From assembly GCA_964016885.1 (NCBI GenBank), contig OZ024742.1:152024001-152088000 (forward strand): a DNA stretch of 64,000 bases. The letters are read 5' to 3'. Shown piece after piece: positions 13,512 through 28,694 of the stretch; the first letter of the stretch is position 1, and the number at the start of each line of letters is the position of its first letter. Below the pieces are notes generated by a model. It saw only the letters and a program-made list of their open reading frames with translations, did not search any database and had not been told where the DNA came from. The stretch comes from Eledone cirrhosa. Its lineage: Eukaryota. The translations under genes and the position numbers were made by a program.

Positions 13512-14321
13512 TAAATGTATATATTGATTGAGTTAGGAACTCAAAATAGTTTCTTACAACAAAATAGCTCTAAGAAAGAAATATTTCTGAGCCGTATATT
13601 ATAATAGAATATAAAAGACAAACGAACACATATATAGATATATGTGTTCAAATCGTAAGGGACCTGATTCGCTAAGGGGAAAAGAATACTAACTATAGAC
13701 AATTGGGTTCGCTTGTCTCAATTTAAGAAAAAATTAAGAAAATAAATGCGAACCGGAATTGTCGTAACTACCATTCACCCAGGCAACTTGTTCTTGTTTC
13801 GCAAAGTTAATTGGGAATAGAAATACTAATCCGAGCTCATCAGTGGGTGATGAATTAGTATCCTAGACACATCTATGTATGCTATATAAAATATAAAACA
13901 GTGCACATGGCATCCTAGCGAGTCTCACAAACCCACACCACTAAAAATAGCAGCCAGGTTTACTCGACATTTGAAATAGGTCAACACATTAACGGAGCCG
14001 AATATATTAAATGTATATATTGAGTTAGGAACTGAAAATAGTCTCTTACAATAAAATAACTCTAAGAAAGAGATATTTCTGAGCCGTATATTATAATAGA
14101 ATATAAAAGTAAAACGAACACACATATATAGATATATGTGTTCAAATTGTAAGGGACCTGATCCGCTAAGGTGAAAAGCATACTAACAATAGACAATTGG
14201 GTTTGCTTATCTTAATTTAAAAAAAATGAGAAAATAGATACAAACCGGAATTGTGGTAACTACCAATCAAACAGACAACTTGTTGTTTCGCGAAGTTAAT
14301 TGTGCATAGAAATACTAATCC
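13512..14321 (-). mobile_element. Head-to-tail ~496-bp non-coding monomer (1.6 copies) with HHR, family I (retrozyme-like)
   Basis: 13512-14007 is repeated from 14008. HHR at 13775-13850 (-): TCACCCA-CTGATGA-GC...GC-GAAA-CAA..TTG-CC-TGGGTGA (the second copy has TC at the cleavage site). Related to 63580-64000. Confidence 0.7.
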
Positions 14322-14362
14322 AATTGTGGTAGTTACATATATATATATATATATTATGTATG

Positions 14363-14429
<67 letters not shown>

Positions 14430-14720
14430 GGAATCCTACAGTGAAGTCTCATTATTTATTTATATCTATATTTATTAATGTCATATTTATTTTCCTTTAA
14501 GTAAAAATAAAATGATGTAAGGCTCTTTACTGAAAGATATGAAATATAAGGAAGCAGTGAGAATTGATTATTTAGATTTTTTTCCAATTCAGGAGTCTAG
14601 AAGAGAAACCATTTCCTATGATTATTTGATATAATGTAGCAAAACGATGCTATTAATATTTATTTTAATCGAAATAACGCGATTGTTATGTTTCACAATC
14701 TCTCTCTCTCTCTCTCTCTG

Positions 14721-14761
<41 letters not shown>

Positions 14762-14806
14762 GTTTATATATATATATACATGTATATATATATATATTAT
14801 ATATAT

Positions 14807-14870
<64 letters not shown>

Positions 14871-14882
14871 ATTTATATATAT

Positions 14883-14922
<40 letters not shown>

Positions 14923-14930
14923 ATATATAT

Positions 14931-14972
<42 letters not shown>

Positions 14973-15006
14973 ATATATATATACATGTATATATATATAT
15001 ATATAT

Positions 15007-15078
<72 letters not shown>

Positions 15079-15092
15079 ATTTATATATATAT

Positions 15093-15138
<46 letters not shown>

Positions 15139-15172
15139 TTATATATATATATATATACATATATATATACAT

Positions 15173-15212
<40 letters not shown>

Positions 15213-15215
15213 ATA

Positions 15216-15265
<50 letters not shown>

Positions 15266-15269
15266 TACA

Positions 15270-15322
<53 letters not shown>

Positions 15323-15428
15323 ATATACATATATATATATACATGTATATATGTACTACAATAAAACTCACCTCCTACATATATATATATATATATATAT
15401 ACACATGTATATATATATATGTATATAT

Positions 15429-15548
<120 letters not shown>

Positions 15549-15723
15549 ATATATATCTATCTATCTAAGGCGGGTAAAATTCCCGAGATCCATGGACGAG
15601 TTCTCTCCAGCGGTCTCTGTCCCTCATTATCGCTGCCACGTCCTGCATCTCCAACAGAGCGGTGTCTGTCCTTAGGGCATCAACATACGTTAACCTTGGT
15701 CTTCCTCTTCTAGTGTGTCCATG

Positions 15724-16227
<504 letters not shown>

Positions 16228-16253
16228 TATATGTATAGATATAGATATATATG

Positions 16254-16284
<31 letters not shown>

Positions 16285-16285
16285 G

Positions 16286-16413
<128 letters not shown>

Positions 16414-16462
16414 AAATAAAGTTAAATAAAAGTAAAATGATTAAAATTTAGCTTCGTTTATT

Positions 16463-16517
16463 ACTGCTATATATATTTCAGTAACAGCCATCTTTGGCTG
16501 TGACCTCTTCAGGCAGT
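16463..16517 (-). ncRNA. Type-I hammerhead, family Q, inside a short fold-back (~16413-16587)
   Basis: Minus strand: ACTGC-CTGAAGA-GGTCACAGCC aaagat GGCTGTTACT-GAAA-TATATA-TA-GCAGT-AATAAA. Confidence 0.82.
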
Positions 16518-16692
16518 TTGAATTATATATAGCAGTAATAAACGAAGCTAAATTTTAATCATTTGACATTTATTTAACTTTATTTTACACTACTCCGGAG
16601 TAACCAAACCAACCTGCGCACTTCGTCGAGTGCTCCAGCCTGCATACTGAGGTGTTGGTATACAACCAACATAAACTCAAACTCTATATATG

Positions 16693-16727
<35 letters not shown>

Positions 16728-16816
16728 GTATATATATATATATGTATATATATATGTATATATATATATATATGTATATATATATGTATATGTATATATA
16801 TATGTATATATATATG

Positions 16817-17052
<236 letters not shown>

Positions 17053-17056
17053 TATG

Positions 17057-17161
<105 letters not shown>

Positions 17162-17192
17162 GTATATATATATATATATGTATATATACATG

Positions 17193-17256
<64 letters not shown>

Positions 17257-17417
17257 TGATATATATATGTATATATGTATATATATATGTATATATGTAT
17301 ATAGATATGTATATGTATATTTGTATTTATATATGTATATATATATATGTATATTTGTATTTATATATGTATATATATATATATGTATATATATATGTAT
17401 ATATATATATATAAATG

Positions 17418-17468
<51 letters not shown>

Positions 17469-17540
17469 TAATATATATACATGTATATATAAGTATGTAT
17501 GTATACGTACATACATATATGTATACAGACGTACAGTAGC

Positions 17541-17593
<53 letters not shown>

Positions 17594-17766
17594 TATACAC
17601 ATATGCATACAGGTACACATACATATATGCACGCATCAGTTTAGCCGACGTTTATTATAACGCCGGCCGCTTTGTTCGTTTGTTTGTCAACAAACCGAAC
17701 AGCCTGAATTTATGCCATACGGTGTTAAGGCAACCACGTCACCTTTTTGTTCAACACTGACACAGG

Positions 17767-17811
17767 AACGATATACTAGTTTCAAGCTTGTTAGCTATCA
17801 TCAGGACCGTT
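17767..17811 (-). ncRNA. Type-I hammerhead, family E (mirror copy)
   Basis: Reverse complement is AACGGTC-CTGATGA-TAGC taacaa GCTT-GAAA-CTAG-TA-TATCGTT, with a mismatch at the stem I closing pair. Confidence 0.75.
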
Positions 17812-18045
17812 GACCCATCTGCCAGATAGTTGAACGTTCGAAAGTATATACTGTCCTTATGAAAATTAACGGCTGAGCAGCCTAATTTGCATATTGAGCG
17901 AGTTAAATCGGTCAGGCATACCGAAAACGATAAGTTGAAAAAAATGAAAACGAAATTTCATTTCTCACTCTTAGTATGGCACTTACTTAAATGTAAGTAT
18001 GTATGTATACGTACATACATATATGTATACAGACGTACAGTAGCA

Positions 18046-18122
<77 letters not shown>

Positions 18123-18262
18123 GCATACAGGTACACATAATATATGCACGCATCAGTTTAGCCGACGTTTATTATAACGCCGGCCGCTTTGTTCGTTTGT
18201 TTGTCAACAAACCGAACAGCCTGAATTTATGCCATACCTGTATGCATATGTGTATATATATG

Positions 18263-18340
<78 letters not shown>

Positions 18341-18573
18341 TGCTACTGTACGTCTGTATGCATATATGTATGTACGTATACATACATACTTACATTTAAG
18401 TAAGTGCCATACTAAGAGTGAGAAATGAAATTTCGTTTTCATTTTTTCAACTTATCGTTTTCGGTATGCCTGACCGATTTAACTCACTCAATATGCAAAT
18501 TAGGCTGCTCAGCCGTTAATTTTCATAAGGAAAGTATATACTTTCGAACGTTCAACTATCTGGCAGATGGGTA

Positions 18574-18618
18574 AACGGTGCTGATGATAGCTAACAAGCT
18601 TGAAACTAGTACATCGTT
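18574..18618 (+). ncRNA. Type-I hammerhead, family E
   Basis: AACGGTG-CTGATGA-TAGC taacaa GCTT-GAAA-CTAG-TA-CATCGTT: 7-bp stem I, palindromic CTAG stem III, GUA site. Confidence 0.88.
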
Positions 18619-18791
18619 CCTGTGTCAGTGTTGAACAAAAAGGTGACGTGGTTGCCTTAACACCGTATGGCATAAATTCAGGCTGTTCGGTTTGTTGACA
18701 AACAAACGAACAAAGCGGCCGGCGTTATAATAAACGTCGGCTAAACTGATGCGTGCATATATGTATGTGTACCTGTATGCATATGTGTATA

Positions 18792-18847
<56 letters not shown>

Positions 18848-19079
18848 TGCTACTGTACGTCTGTATACATATATGTATGTACGTATACATACATACTTAC
18901 ATTTAAGTAAGTGCCATACTAAGAGTGAGAAATGAAATTTCGTTTTCATTTTTTTCAACTCATGTATATATATATATACATGTATATATATATATACATG
19001 TATATATATATATACACGTATATACATATATACATGTACATATACATGTACATATATTTATATGCATGTACATATATGT

Positions 19080-19750
19080 TTTATATGACTATTTAAGTGG
19101 AAATTGTTCTGATGAGCTTTTCTCTGTGTTCCACCGATTTCGTGAGTTTAAACGGAGGACCAGATTTTGCGGGCAGGCCTTGGACATATTGGTTCGACCT
19201 ATCCATTTTCCACTCAGTCGAATAATGTACCCAAGGCATGAGAAATATTTTGAGAGGAGTCTCCTTAATTCTGTCTGGAATAAATCAGCAGAGTTGATAT
19301 AATTTTCTAGGCGGATGGCAGTAGAATTCCATATAGAATTTTGCATTGATGTTGCATCTCTCCTTCTTCGACTTCAGCCGGTGACATGAGACACGCGGTT
19401 CTCCGTAGCATATTCGAACCTAATGTGGACTGAGACTGAGTTGGTTCTGGCTCTCAGGGTTAATGATGTCCTCACTGTACCGTAGTAAGCTGGTTAGCGA
19501 TGGTTTGAAACTCTATCCTCACGGCGTTGGTCATATAACCGTGTGGTGTCGCCTGAAACGCAGAGGAGGAACAGATGCTGATTAAATACCAGACATTGTT
19601 GTACTGACATCTTTTTATGCCGGTTGTATTTGAGACCTACAAAATCCTTGGGCTTCGGATTGCAGTTTGTTCTCGCCAAATCGGGATGATGTCATCTGAC
19701 CTAATGATGGAGCTCTGCGAGGTGAGATCGTTGATGTATTGGAAATACTT
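19080..19750. pseudogene. Decayed LINE RT C-terminal fragments (both strands)
   Basis: Plus strand: YDYLSGNCSDELFS..KRRTRF. Minus strand: YINDL and WNS..INSADLFQTELRRLL. Both resemble the 3' ends of CR1/L2-type ORF2. Confidence 0.5.
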
Positions 19751-19779
19751 ACCTGCTCTCCACAAAAAAAAAACTTCCA

Positions 19780-21860
19780 TGTGTATCTGAGATACATTGT
19801 CAAGTCGAATGTGTAAAGTTACCATATTTGCATTTCGTTTGCTTCTTTTTTGTCCTATTTGTTTAATTGTGTTACTGAAGTCTCACCAACATTTCCTTTA
19901 TTTATATTTTTAGCAGCTGAAAGCAAATTTTCCTCTTCGAAATGTAGCTCAATATAAGTGGTTGGCAAATAAGATATTTAATGATAATGCTTATAGCTTA
20001 CCTTTGAAGTTTTTCTGAGTGATCTTGAGATATATTTCAAGCAACCTAACCTGTTGAAGCATACTAAATTGAGAAAGCATATACCTTTTTTATATTTGCA
20101 GAGGCACAGCTTCTTGAGGCAGGTAATGCGGCATTCTGTGATAGAAATAAAGGAAATCAAACCATTTTGCATTGAGGATTAAATTGGTGGAGGACGTTAA
20201 AGTATCAGATTGATGCAAAAGTGTAATGGATTTTTAGGATATTTCACTTGATTTAGAAAGGAATATACGAACAGCCTTTTTTGGGCAGTTAGGTGGGAGA
20301 TCATAGTGTATGTCCTAAATTACATGTGCTATATCTTTTTAGATACCTTTCAATGGGTCAATGACAGCAATAGAGGGTAAACTGATCATAAGTATATCAT
20401 CTTCAGCATATATTAAGATTATTAAGTGAATGTTAGGAAAAACCAACGAATGAAAGCCAATAAATGTATCAGTACACTTCTTAATAAAAAGGAAAGAAGG
20501 CTGGTGGTACAGAGGTTGGGTTGTACATTAACGAGATGTGAAAACGTTTGTTGAATGGAAAAGGATAGATTCAAATCGACCCGAGGAAAGCAAATCATTA
20601 GATCACAATAAATCCAATATATTGGCATTGACTGGATACTTTAGTGAGTTGTCCACATTTGGGATAATTGAGATAGGTATGAACAATTAGAAAAGGATCT
20701 GCTGCTTTTATAATTGTAGCTTGGAATAAAATACCGCAAAAATCGATCCTGGAGGAATTATTTCTCCATTATTTGATTGGTGGAATGGTGAAAATAATGA
20801 TGTGAACAAGATATAGAACACATATGGATTAGTAACCACATTGATTTACATCAGGTCAAATAGACTAGGGACAGCCAGGACACCGTAAAATAATTTCTTA
20901 AACAGCCAGAAAATATTCAGCAAAAATTTCAGTATGATTAGGAAGTTCAGGCAATGATACAGGCCTGGTAGAGTCTTTAGGAGTACACAAGTCATTAAGA
21001 AGCTTACATAAATAAGTCTGGTATCTGAATCTATAGCGGTAATATTGATAAAAACTATCATAGGAATATATGTAGAAAGCCTTGCACCACGGTAACATAT
21101 GTGGCTACCGTATGTCAACGTTTGGTGTTTAATTACTTATGGCGGACAGTTTTCTCCAACGATAAGAAATGAATAGATTTATTGAATCCAACATGAACAA
21201 GTAATGAATGAATGTATTGTATCCAACATAAACACGAAGGCATTTTTTTTAGTTTTGGAGAAAGCAAAGTAGAAAGTATCCCGTTTCTCCAATACATACT
21301 GTTTCCCGAGTTTTGTCTTGTCAACTTTTAATATAGTAAAAGAATTGTTCACAGGTAAACGATTACCAGACTGTTTTCGTTTCGGTATTGACCGGGAATG
21401 ACATTTGAACATAACAAAATAAATTATTTTGAACTTATGCCAATTTAGTTACACATTTTCTTCAGCAAGAATTTAATTCAGATCAATACAGAGGGAAGTT
21501 TTACTTATGTCGACTATGAAGAATTTTATGTCAGAGAACGAGGAATCAATAACCGCATTGTATGGTGCAGATGAGCTTAAAATAACTAAAACGGGATCAG
21601 AGGCGCCTATTTGAGGCTCAACCGTCTTCAGGAAAATGTGTTCAGGTGAGCTTAATATAATTATAAAGGGTTCAGAATTGCCAATTGGTGGATCAACTGA
21701 TAGAGGTGAACTTAAAATAATTATAGCGGGATCTGAAGTGCCGATTGAAGAATCATCTGACCATTGTATAATGTGTACTGGCGCATTTGCAATAAACAAA
21801 TTGAACAACTTACTCTTGTTGGGAGAGCTGTTGGTTTTGTTAGATTGTTATCATTAAAAT
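19780..21860 (-). pseudogene. Decayed coding region of a probable mobile element (hydrophobic repeats, Cys/His motifs)
   Basis: A chain of short minus-strand ORFs: three IGxS(D/E)PxxxILSS repeats (~21560-21760), TCSC...SHIC, ECR, and CKYGNFTHSTxQC. Many stops and frameshifts. Confidence 0.4.
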
Positions 21861-22948
21861 ATTAATTTATTTGAATTCAATCTAAATTTGAGATACTATA
21901 AAATAAGAATGAAGCATTATAATCAACGATTAGAACATAGGTGGCATCACACTCAAAAGTATAAGGAAATATATTTGTATAAAGATGACCAAATGTACTT
22001 AATTCAAGGTTTGGAAGACAGTAAGGAAAGGTAGGTAAAAAACCCTCAAATCCTGATGGAGTCGTAGCGACGCCGTCCAGAGACACGACGTGTTTTGGGC
22101 ACTTTAAACATGGCGGAGCACACCCTCCTCAAGTTCATAACACAAACGATGCCTTCCAGAGAAGGCTCACGAGGAAGAGAAAGAATCGACCTCAGTACTG
22201 GAGTGGTATTTTATTTATCGAAATCGAAATAATGAAAGGCAAAGTTGACCTTTGCGAAATGTGAATACAAAGCGCAGAGAGCTGAAACAAACACTGAGGC
22301 ATTTTAAAACCATTACTCTAACAGATTTGCCAGTTCATCGCCATGGAGAACAAAAGGGGAGCAGAAACTTCAGTTCAGGTTAATGTAGTAAAATGAGATC
22401 TAAATAGTTTCCTACCCAGGCGAGTCGAAAAGAGAGATGGATACTCAATACTGGGGCATGATTTATAGAAAACGACTAAACCTCTTCTATGCCAACTACA
22501 GCCTTTCTGAAATTGAAATTGCGATCTCTGTTACAGTAAAAACGTATCAAACGGGTTGATAACTTGAATAGTAAGTTGAGATAAATTATAGAATTAGAAG
22601 TAATCAAAGTTTCTAATTATTTCTCTAGTGTTATTAATGCTAATAAATTCAAATTTGCTTTACCGAATTACAGTCGAGGTCAGTAATTAAATCTTTTCGA
22701 AAGATGCACCCGGAAAAGTTCATCGATGAGTGTAATTCCTCTTGACACATTTTTTGTCTTACAGTGATTAATCGATCATATCATCGCCAGCATACATATG
22801 GATGTACACACACACATATATATATTTCAAATCGAGTTGAAATGCACTTGAAATCCTTTAATTTATTCACAATATTCCCAACGGTTTCACGACTTCGTGA
22901 TAATCCTGTATTTCACTAAATAAATGGTGCTTTCTATGATGATAGATT

Positions 22949-23018
<70 letters not shown>

Positions 23019-23077
23019 ATGTATATATATATATATTATATATGTATATATATATTATATATGTATATATATATATA

Positions 23078-23116
<39 letters not shown>

Positions 23117-23129
23117 ATATATATATATA

Positions 23130-23180
<51 letters not shown>

Positions 23181-23291
23181 ATATATATATATATATATGT
23201 GTGTGTATATATATATATATGTGTGTGTGTATATATATATATATATATGTGTGTGTGTATATATATATATATATATGTGTGTGTGTGGTTG

Positions 23292-23322
<31 letters not shown>

Positions 23323-23371
23323 ATATATATATATATATGTGTGTGTATATATATATATATATATGTGTGTG

Positions 23372-23444
<73 letters not shown>

Positions 23445-23457
23445 ATATATATATATA

Positions 23458-23883
23458 TATTAATAAGAGGAATTCCAACTTTGTCTGATTTACTCGTTTT
23501 ATTTACAATCCTTTGAAATTTATAATGGTATTATAATGAAATAGTATGATAGAATATTAAATTCTAAGTGTTAATTGAACAAGTACTTTTATGCTTTCGC
23601 AATCTTCAGGTTCACAATATGTGGTGACAGTCAAGTTTGCAATTTTCAACAGTTGAAAATTGCAAACTTGACTGTCACCACACATTATGAACCTGAAGAT
23701 TGCGAAAGCATGAAAGTACTTGTTCAATTAACACTTAGAATTTAATATTCTATCATACTATTTCATTATAATACCATTATAAATTTAAAGGATTGTAAAT
23801 AAAACGAGTAAATCAGACAAAGTTGGAATTCCTCTTATTAATATAATCTTCTATACACAATCATACACACCCGTGTATATTTA

Positions 23884-23885
<2 letters not shown>
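23458..23885. mobile_element. Palindromic HHR-bearing element, family A, copy 2
   Basis: Near-perfect hairpin centred at ~23651 (TTCAAC a GTTGAA). Intact HHR at 23688-23726 (+): TGAAC-CTGAAGA-TTGC gaaa GCAT-GAAA-GTAC-TT-GTTCA. The mirror at 23576-23614 has GAAA changed to AAAA. Confidence 0.88.
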
Positions 23886-23946
<61 letters not shown>

Positions 23947-23949
23947 GTG

Positions 23950-24033
<84 letters not shown>

Positions 24034-25556
24034 CATTATATATATATATACATACATTAAAGCGGAAATTACATATCAAATAGCAGTTCTTTGCCTTACA
24101 ACATCAGTTCGTGAATATATTTCATTCCTTGCTTTAGAAACTGTGCATGCGCGTGACGTTGTAGTTACCGTTTTCCGATGACTATCGTAATATCGTCCGT
24201 TCACTACCCGGTGCCACGTTGAGTCTTGAATATGGCATTATTTCTGCTGTGTTTAAATTTTCCAGATTCGACATATCCACAGGGGCGCTAGACATCATCA
24301 TAGTTATGGTAAAAACGAAATAAAAGAAAGAAGGAAGGACTTAATATATTATAGATAAGGTTTTTTAGTATAATCCGCCAGCTGTAGTCTGTACATTGGC
24401 CGTGTGTATTAGTAAATAACTTAATGTGTCTTACTCTCATCTGTCCACCAAATATCTATGTAAAAACTTTGCTAGCTTATCACTTTTATTATTTTCCGCC
24501 CAATGAATTATGCATAAGTAATGTAGAGGAATATAGGTTACTAATAGTAGCGATATACATTGAAATGAAATGATTTCCACCGGAAATTGAAACCAGCCCC
24601 TATCTCATTGTCGTCTTGTTGAGAGTGTACCTGCTGCTTCACAAAGTTAATCACTTATAAAAAATAAATATCGATTTTTTTACTTTGGCATGATTTCATT
24701 ATTTCTTTTGGGAAACATAGTGTAATTGATTTCTGATACAAGTCCAAAATCTTTCAGAGGCATTTATTTTTTATCGAATACACAGATATAAATTGCACAG
24801 TCGACAACACTAAGAGTTGAACACAAAACGTAAACCCATATCGTCTAACACGCCTTACTCTTACTTCTATCATCCCCACTATCATCACTACATCACATTC
24901 AAATGATCGTTTCTAATTTAGGCGCAAGGCTAACAATCTATTTAGAGAGTAAGTAATGACGTGTATCTAACACAAAAGGTTACATATTTTAGGAGAGAGA
25001 GGGCAGTGAATTATATCAACCTTAATACTTGAGCCAATAATTTGCAGACCTACCAACCTCTCAAAACCCAAATGAGGAGTACCATGAACATAAGTGGGAG
25101 AAACGAGGCAAAATGGGGAGATTTTACACAATGAAAATTATACCCATTTTCACAAGAGAAGACATCTCTAACCCACCCCAACGGTGGGTGGGAGATCTCC
25201 ACCTCGAAAACCAGAGAGATACATATTAGATCTTGCTTTTATAGATACTTTCAAAAATACGGAATGGTCACTACCAGAACGCCTTTGGCCAATGGCAGCT
25301 TGAAGAGGACACCAGATACAAATCAATCAAAAGACAGAATAGACGCCATCTGTTTCATCGTGGATGTTCCTGTTGAACGTTCAACAGAAAAAACCTACTC
25401 ATGGAATTAATATGTAAGTGGCTAAGGATTCCACAGGCACGTGTATGCCGACCGCAATTCTTAGTTATATTCAGTGTGGCAATGTGTGACAAGGCAGACT
25501 CTTTGAATTACAGTTGCAGTCAACACTACGGTTTTCCAAAGAATTTCCGTCTACAC

Positions 25557-25847
25557 CAGGGGCGTGCAACAGGCGGCCCGCGGACCACAATCCAGCACAC
25601 CAGACCAGTCACAGTGGCCCGTGATGAACTTGTACGCTTATTTAGAATTGTTTTCGTAACCGCAATACAATTTTCTGTTAGTTGACCTATACTAAATGGT
25701 TTCACTGATAGGGCTGTGTGTGTTATAATTTCCCAGTTCTATATTATGGAAAGAAGTTGTGGAATAGTGCTTAGTAAATATTAATAACCCTAATAGTTGT
25801 TCCAATGTTTAAAAGTAGCCCGCCAATGGAATATATTGCACACCCTG
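25557..25847. mobile_element. hAT-superfamily MITE
   Basis: Termini CAGGGGCGTGCAA...TTGCACACCCTG with subterminal GGCCCG motifs. Exact 8-bp target-site duplication GTCTACAC at 25549-25556 and 25848-25855. Confidence 0.88.
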
Positions 25848-26039
25848 GTCTACACAGTTTTACTCACATACCCAAAATATCACATAGTGGAATAGAACTT
25901 TGCACGTAATAATTACAAAGCGAACTCGTGAACCGTTCGGTTCAACTGCGTTCACTAAGAAAAGATGAAAGGCAAAGTTGCCTGGAGAGGATTTGCACTT
26001 CGAATGTTACAACACGTAATTAAAATATCACAAACTATA

Positions 26040-26352
26040 CTTGTGGCACTCAGTCTGTTTCGACGACGAGTGTTCCAGTTTATACGACCAACGGAACAGC
26101 CAACTCGTGAAATTAACGTACAAGTAGCTGAGCATTCCACACACATGCATACCATTAACGTAGTTCTCGGGGATACTCAGCGTCACACATAATGTGACAA
26201 GGCTTACCTTTCGAATTAGAGGTACAACTCATTTTTGCCAGCTCAATGAACGCGAAATAAAGTTTCTTGCTCAAGGACACAGCATGCCACCGGGAATCGA
26301 ACTCAACGATGGCGAGCCGAATACCCTAACCACTCAGCTACACGCCTTCACA
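26040..26352 (-). mobile_element. tRNA-derived SINE (family 1 head, longer body)
   Basis: Minus strand: GTGAAGGCGTGTAGCTGAGTGG...GTTCGATTCCC...TGTCCTTGAGCAAG. Body is similar to ~500-650 and ~25420-25520. Confidence 0.7.
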
Positions 26353-26594
26353 AACTATATGTATATATATACATCACATTACCGATTTTACTAATATACC
26401 ACACCGTAAGTGAAATTGATGCATCATTGTATTGATAAGCCTAATCAACATTAATGTACAAAGTTACACGCAGATTAATCAACAGAATTCTTATCAGTAT
26501 TCATCTACCAAAGCATTTAAACTATTTGCAATAGACTTCATTTTGTACTTTGTCACCACTAATTCATACGAATTTTTGCCGTTATTATATGCAT

Positions 26595-26780
26595 TGGGAT
26601 TGGCAGTATCGGTAGAGAGTCGGACGCCATGCTTTCCAGCATAGTTACGTCCCTTTACGGTCTGAGTTCAAATCCCGCCGAGGTTAACTTTGCCTTTCAT
26701 CCTTACGGGGTCGATAACATAAAGTTCCAGTAATGTACTGGGGTCATTGATTGCCTTGTGCCAAAAGTGGAAACAGTTAT
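26595..26780 (+). mobile_element. tRNA-derived SINE (family 2)
   Basis: GGATTGGCAGTATCGG...GAGTTCAAATCCCGCCGAGG...TTTGCCTTTCATCC...GTCGATAA. Homologous to 36271-36457, 45647-45822 and 56379-56590. Confidence 0.8.
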
Positions 26781-26867
26781 TATATGCATTAAACACAAAC
26801 GTACATGTAGAAGCAAAATGAATCGCACACATATTTTGTTTGTATTTAGTTATATATATGAACAGAT

Positions 26868-26900
<33 letters not shown>

Positions 26901-26927
26901 GTGTATGCATAAATGTGTGTGTACATG

Positions 26928-26967
<40 letters not shown>

Positions 26968-27553
26968 TATGTATATGTATATATATATATGTGTATGTGT
27001 GTGTGTGTGTGTGTGTGAGTAATATTGAAATCTGAGCCAAACAGAGAATTCAGGATTAATAAAATTCAATGATCACAGCACGAAATAATAAATAAATATC
27101 AAAACACATGTATAAAACATTTACATACTCTCCCACCCCCACCTTCACCTTCACTATGCTATTAGAAATATATTTTATTTATACCATTATCTTCTTTCTT
27201 CCCCAGTGATATCGTCTTAGTTACAATAACAACAACAAAGACAACCTCAACAACATTACAAAAATAACTATTATCACGCCTACAAACAGCAAATTATTTA
27301 CATTTGAAATATTCCTAGGAGAAAAGGTATTTTTATTTTCTTTATTATATTTTATTTTATCTATTCTTTTATTTATTTTCGTTTGGCAAATAATGGAATC
27401 GACAAGTTGCATGATTCTTGTTCCCCTTAACGAAATTTCTGTAAGATAATGCGTCAAAGACTCTACAAACCAGCTGCACACTTATGTACGTATAGGTGTA
27501 CATATACACGAGCATACACAAGTACCTCCATATACACACATAGGCCGACGTTC

Positions 27554-27680
27554 ACACATATAGACTCACACACTAATACACATATAGACTTACACACTAA
27601 TACACATATAGACTCACACACTAATACACATAGACTCACACATTAATACACATATAGACTCACACACTAATACACATATA
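27554..27680 (+). repeat. ~24-bp tandem minisatellite (ACACATATAGACTCACACACTAAT) x~5
   Basis: Seen directly. Confidence 0.85.
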
Positions 27681-27964
27681 AGCAAACATGTCAGATTGTG
27701 TTGCGCACACACATACACAGACATATATACACGCACACTCACGCTCTTTCTCTCTGTATAGCTACTATTTAATAATTGGTTACCGGCCAGTAATTATAGA
27801 TTTGATTACGCGCCAATATGTTGGCAAGGAATTGCCGTTCTTTGACCAGCTTGCCATTCGTGTCATCAAAGGAGAGTGACTTGCATCATATGGATCTAAC
27901 CTAAAGTTTTAAAGTGTTTTTCACCGACGGAGCCATTCTCTTAACACATCCGTTTATCATCCTC

Positions 27965-28360
27965 GTCGCCGCCACCACCACCATCACCACCACTATCACC
28001 ACCATCATCATCATCAGCATCATCATCATCATCATTATAAACAACGACGTCGTCGTCTTCATCTTCCTCTCCTTTACAACCTACTTCTCATTCTCACAAT
28101 CATCATCATCCTTATCCCGTACGAACACGCGGAGAACAAGAAACTTCCTCTCTTCCATCACCGCCGCCACGCCGTCTTCACCCCCATCACTATCACCACC
28201 AGCACCACCACCACCAGCACCACCACCACCATCAACAACAACAACAACAACGACAGTATCAACAACAATAATAACACCATTACCATTATCTCACACGAAC
28301 ACGCTGACAACAACAATTTCCTCCCGCCCCACCGTCGCTACCAAACTCATCATTACCATT
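27965..28360 (+). repeat. Trinucleotide low-complexity tract (CAC/CAT/CAA)
   Basis: Seen directly. It explains the spurious ORF 27914..28414. Confidence 0.8.
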
Positions 28361-28694
28361 ATGAAGCCAGCACTATACTATTTATGTTGTAATTGTCAAT
28401 ATGGTAGTCATTAATATATGTTCACAATATCCGTGTGTAAGGAAGGGAATTATCCGTTTGTCTGAAAAGTTGTGAGTTCATATCCTGTAAGTGAAATGGT
28501 TATAAATAGTTGGTCAGAATGGCTGTATGGGTAACACAATTTCCTATTTGATAAAATAATCCTGATTTAAACTCACAGCAATCATGTCCGACCCTGGGTG
28601 AGACTCTGTTACAACGCAACTCCGTTCAGCTGGACATCAACTTATTGTGTGTATTACTGTCTAGCAATTTGTAAACCATGATTAAATAAATCTA

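Larger units (their letters stand above)
17491..18960. mobile_element. ~504-bp non-coding HHR monomer in tandem plus inverted arrangement, family E (retrozyme-like)
   Basis: 17491-17994 is repeated at 17995-18237, then appears inverted at ~18233-18960. Each full monomer contains an internal (TA)n tract and one HHR. Confidence 0.8.

Noticed and set aside
19107-19150. CTGATGA at ~19107
   Set aside because: Lies in LINE RT coding remnant (CSDEL), with no stem II, GAAA or stem I arrangement.
27914-28414. 166-aa Thr/Pro/Ser-rich ORF resembling a mucin or membrane protein
   Set aside because: Explained by trinucleotide repeats, with a non-ATG start and no splice or domain support.
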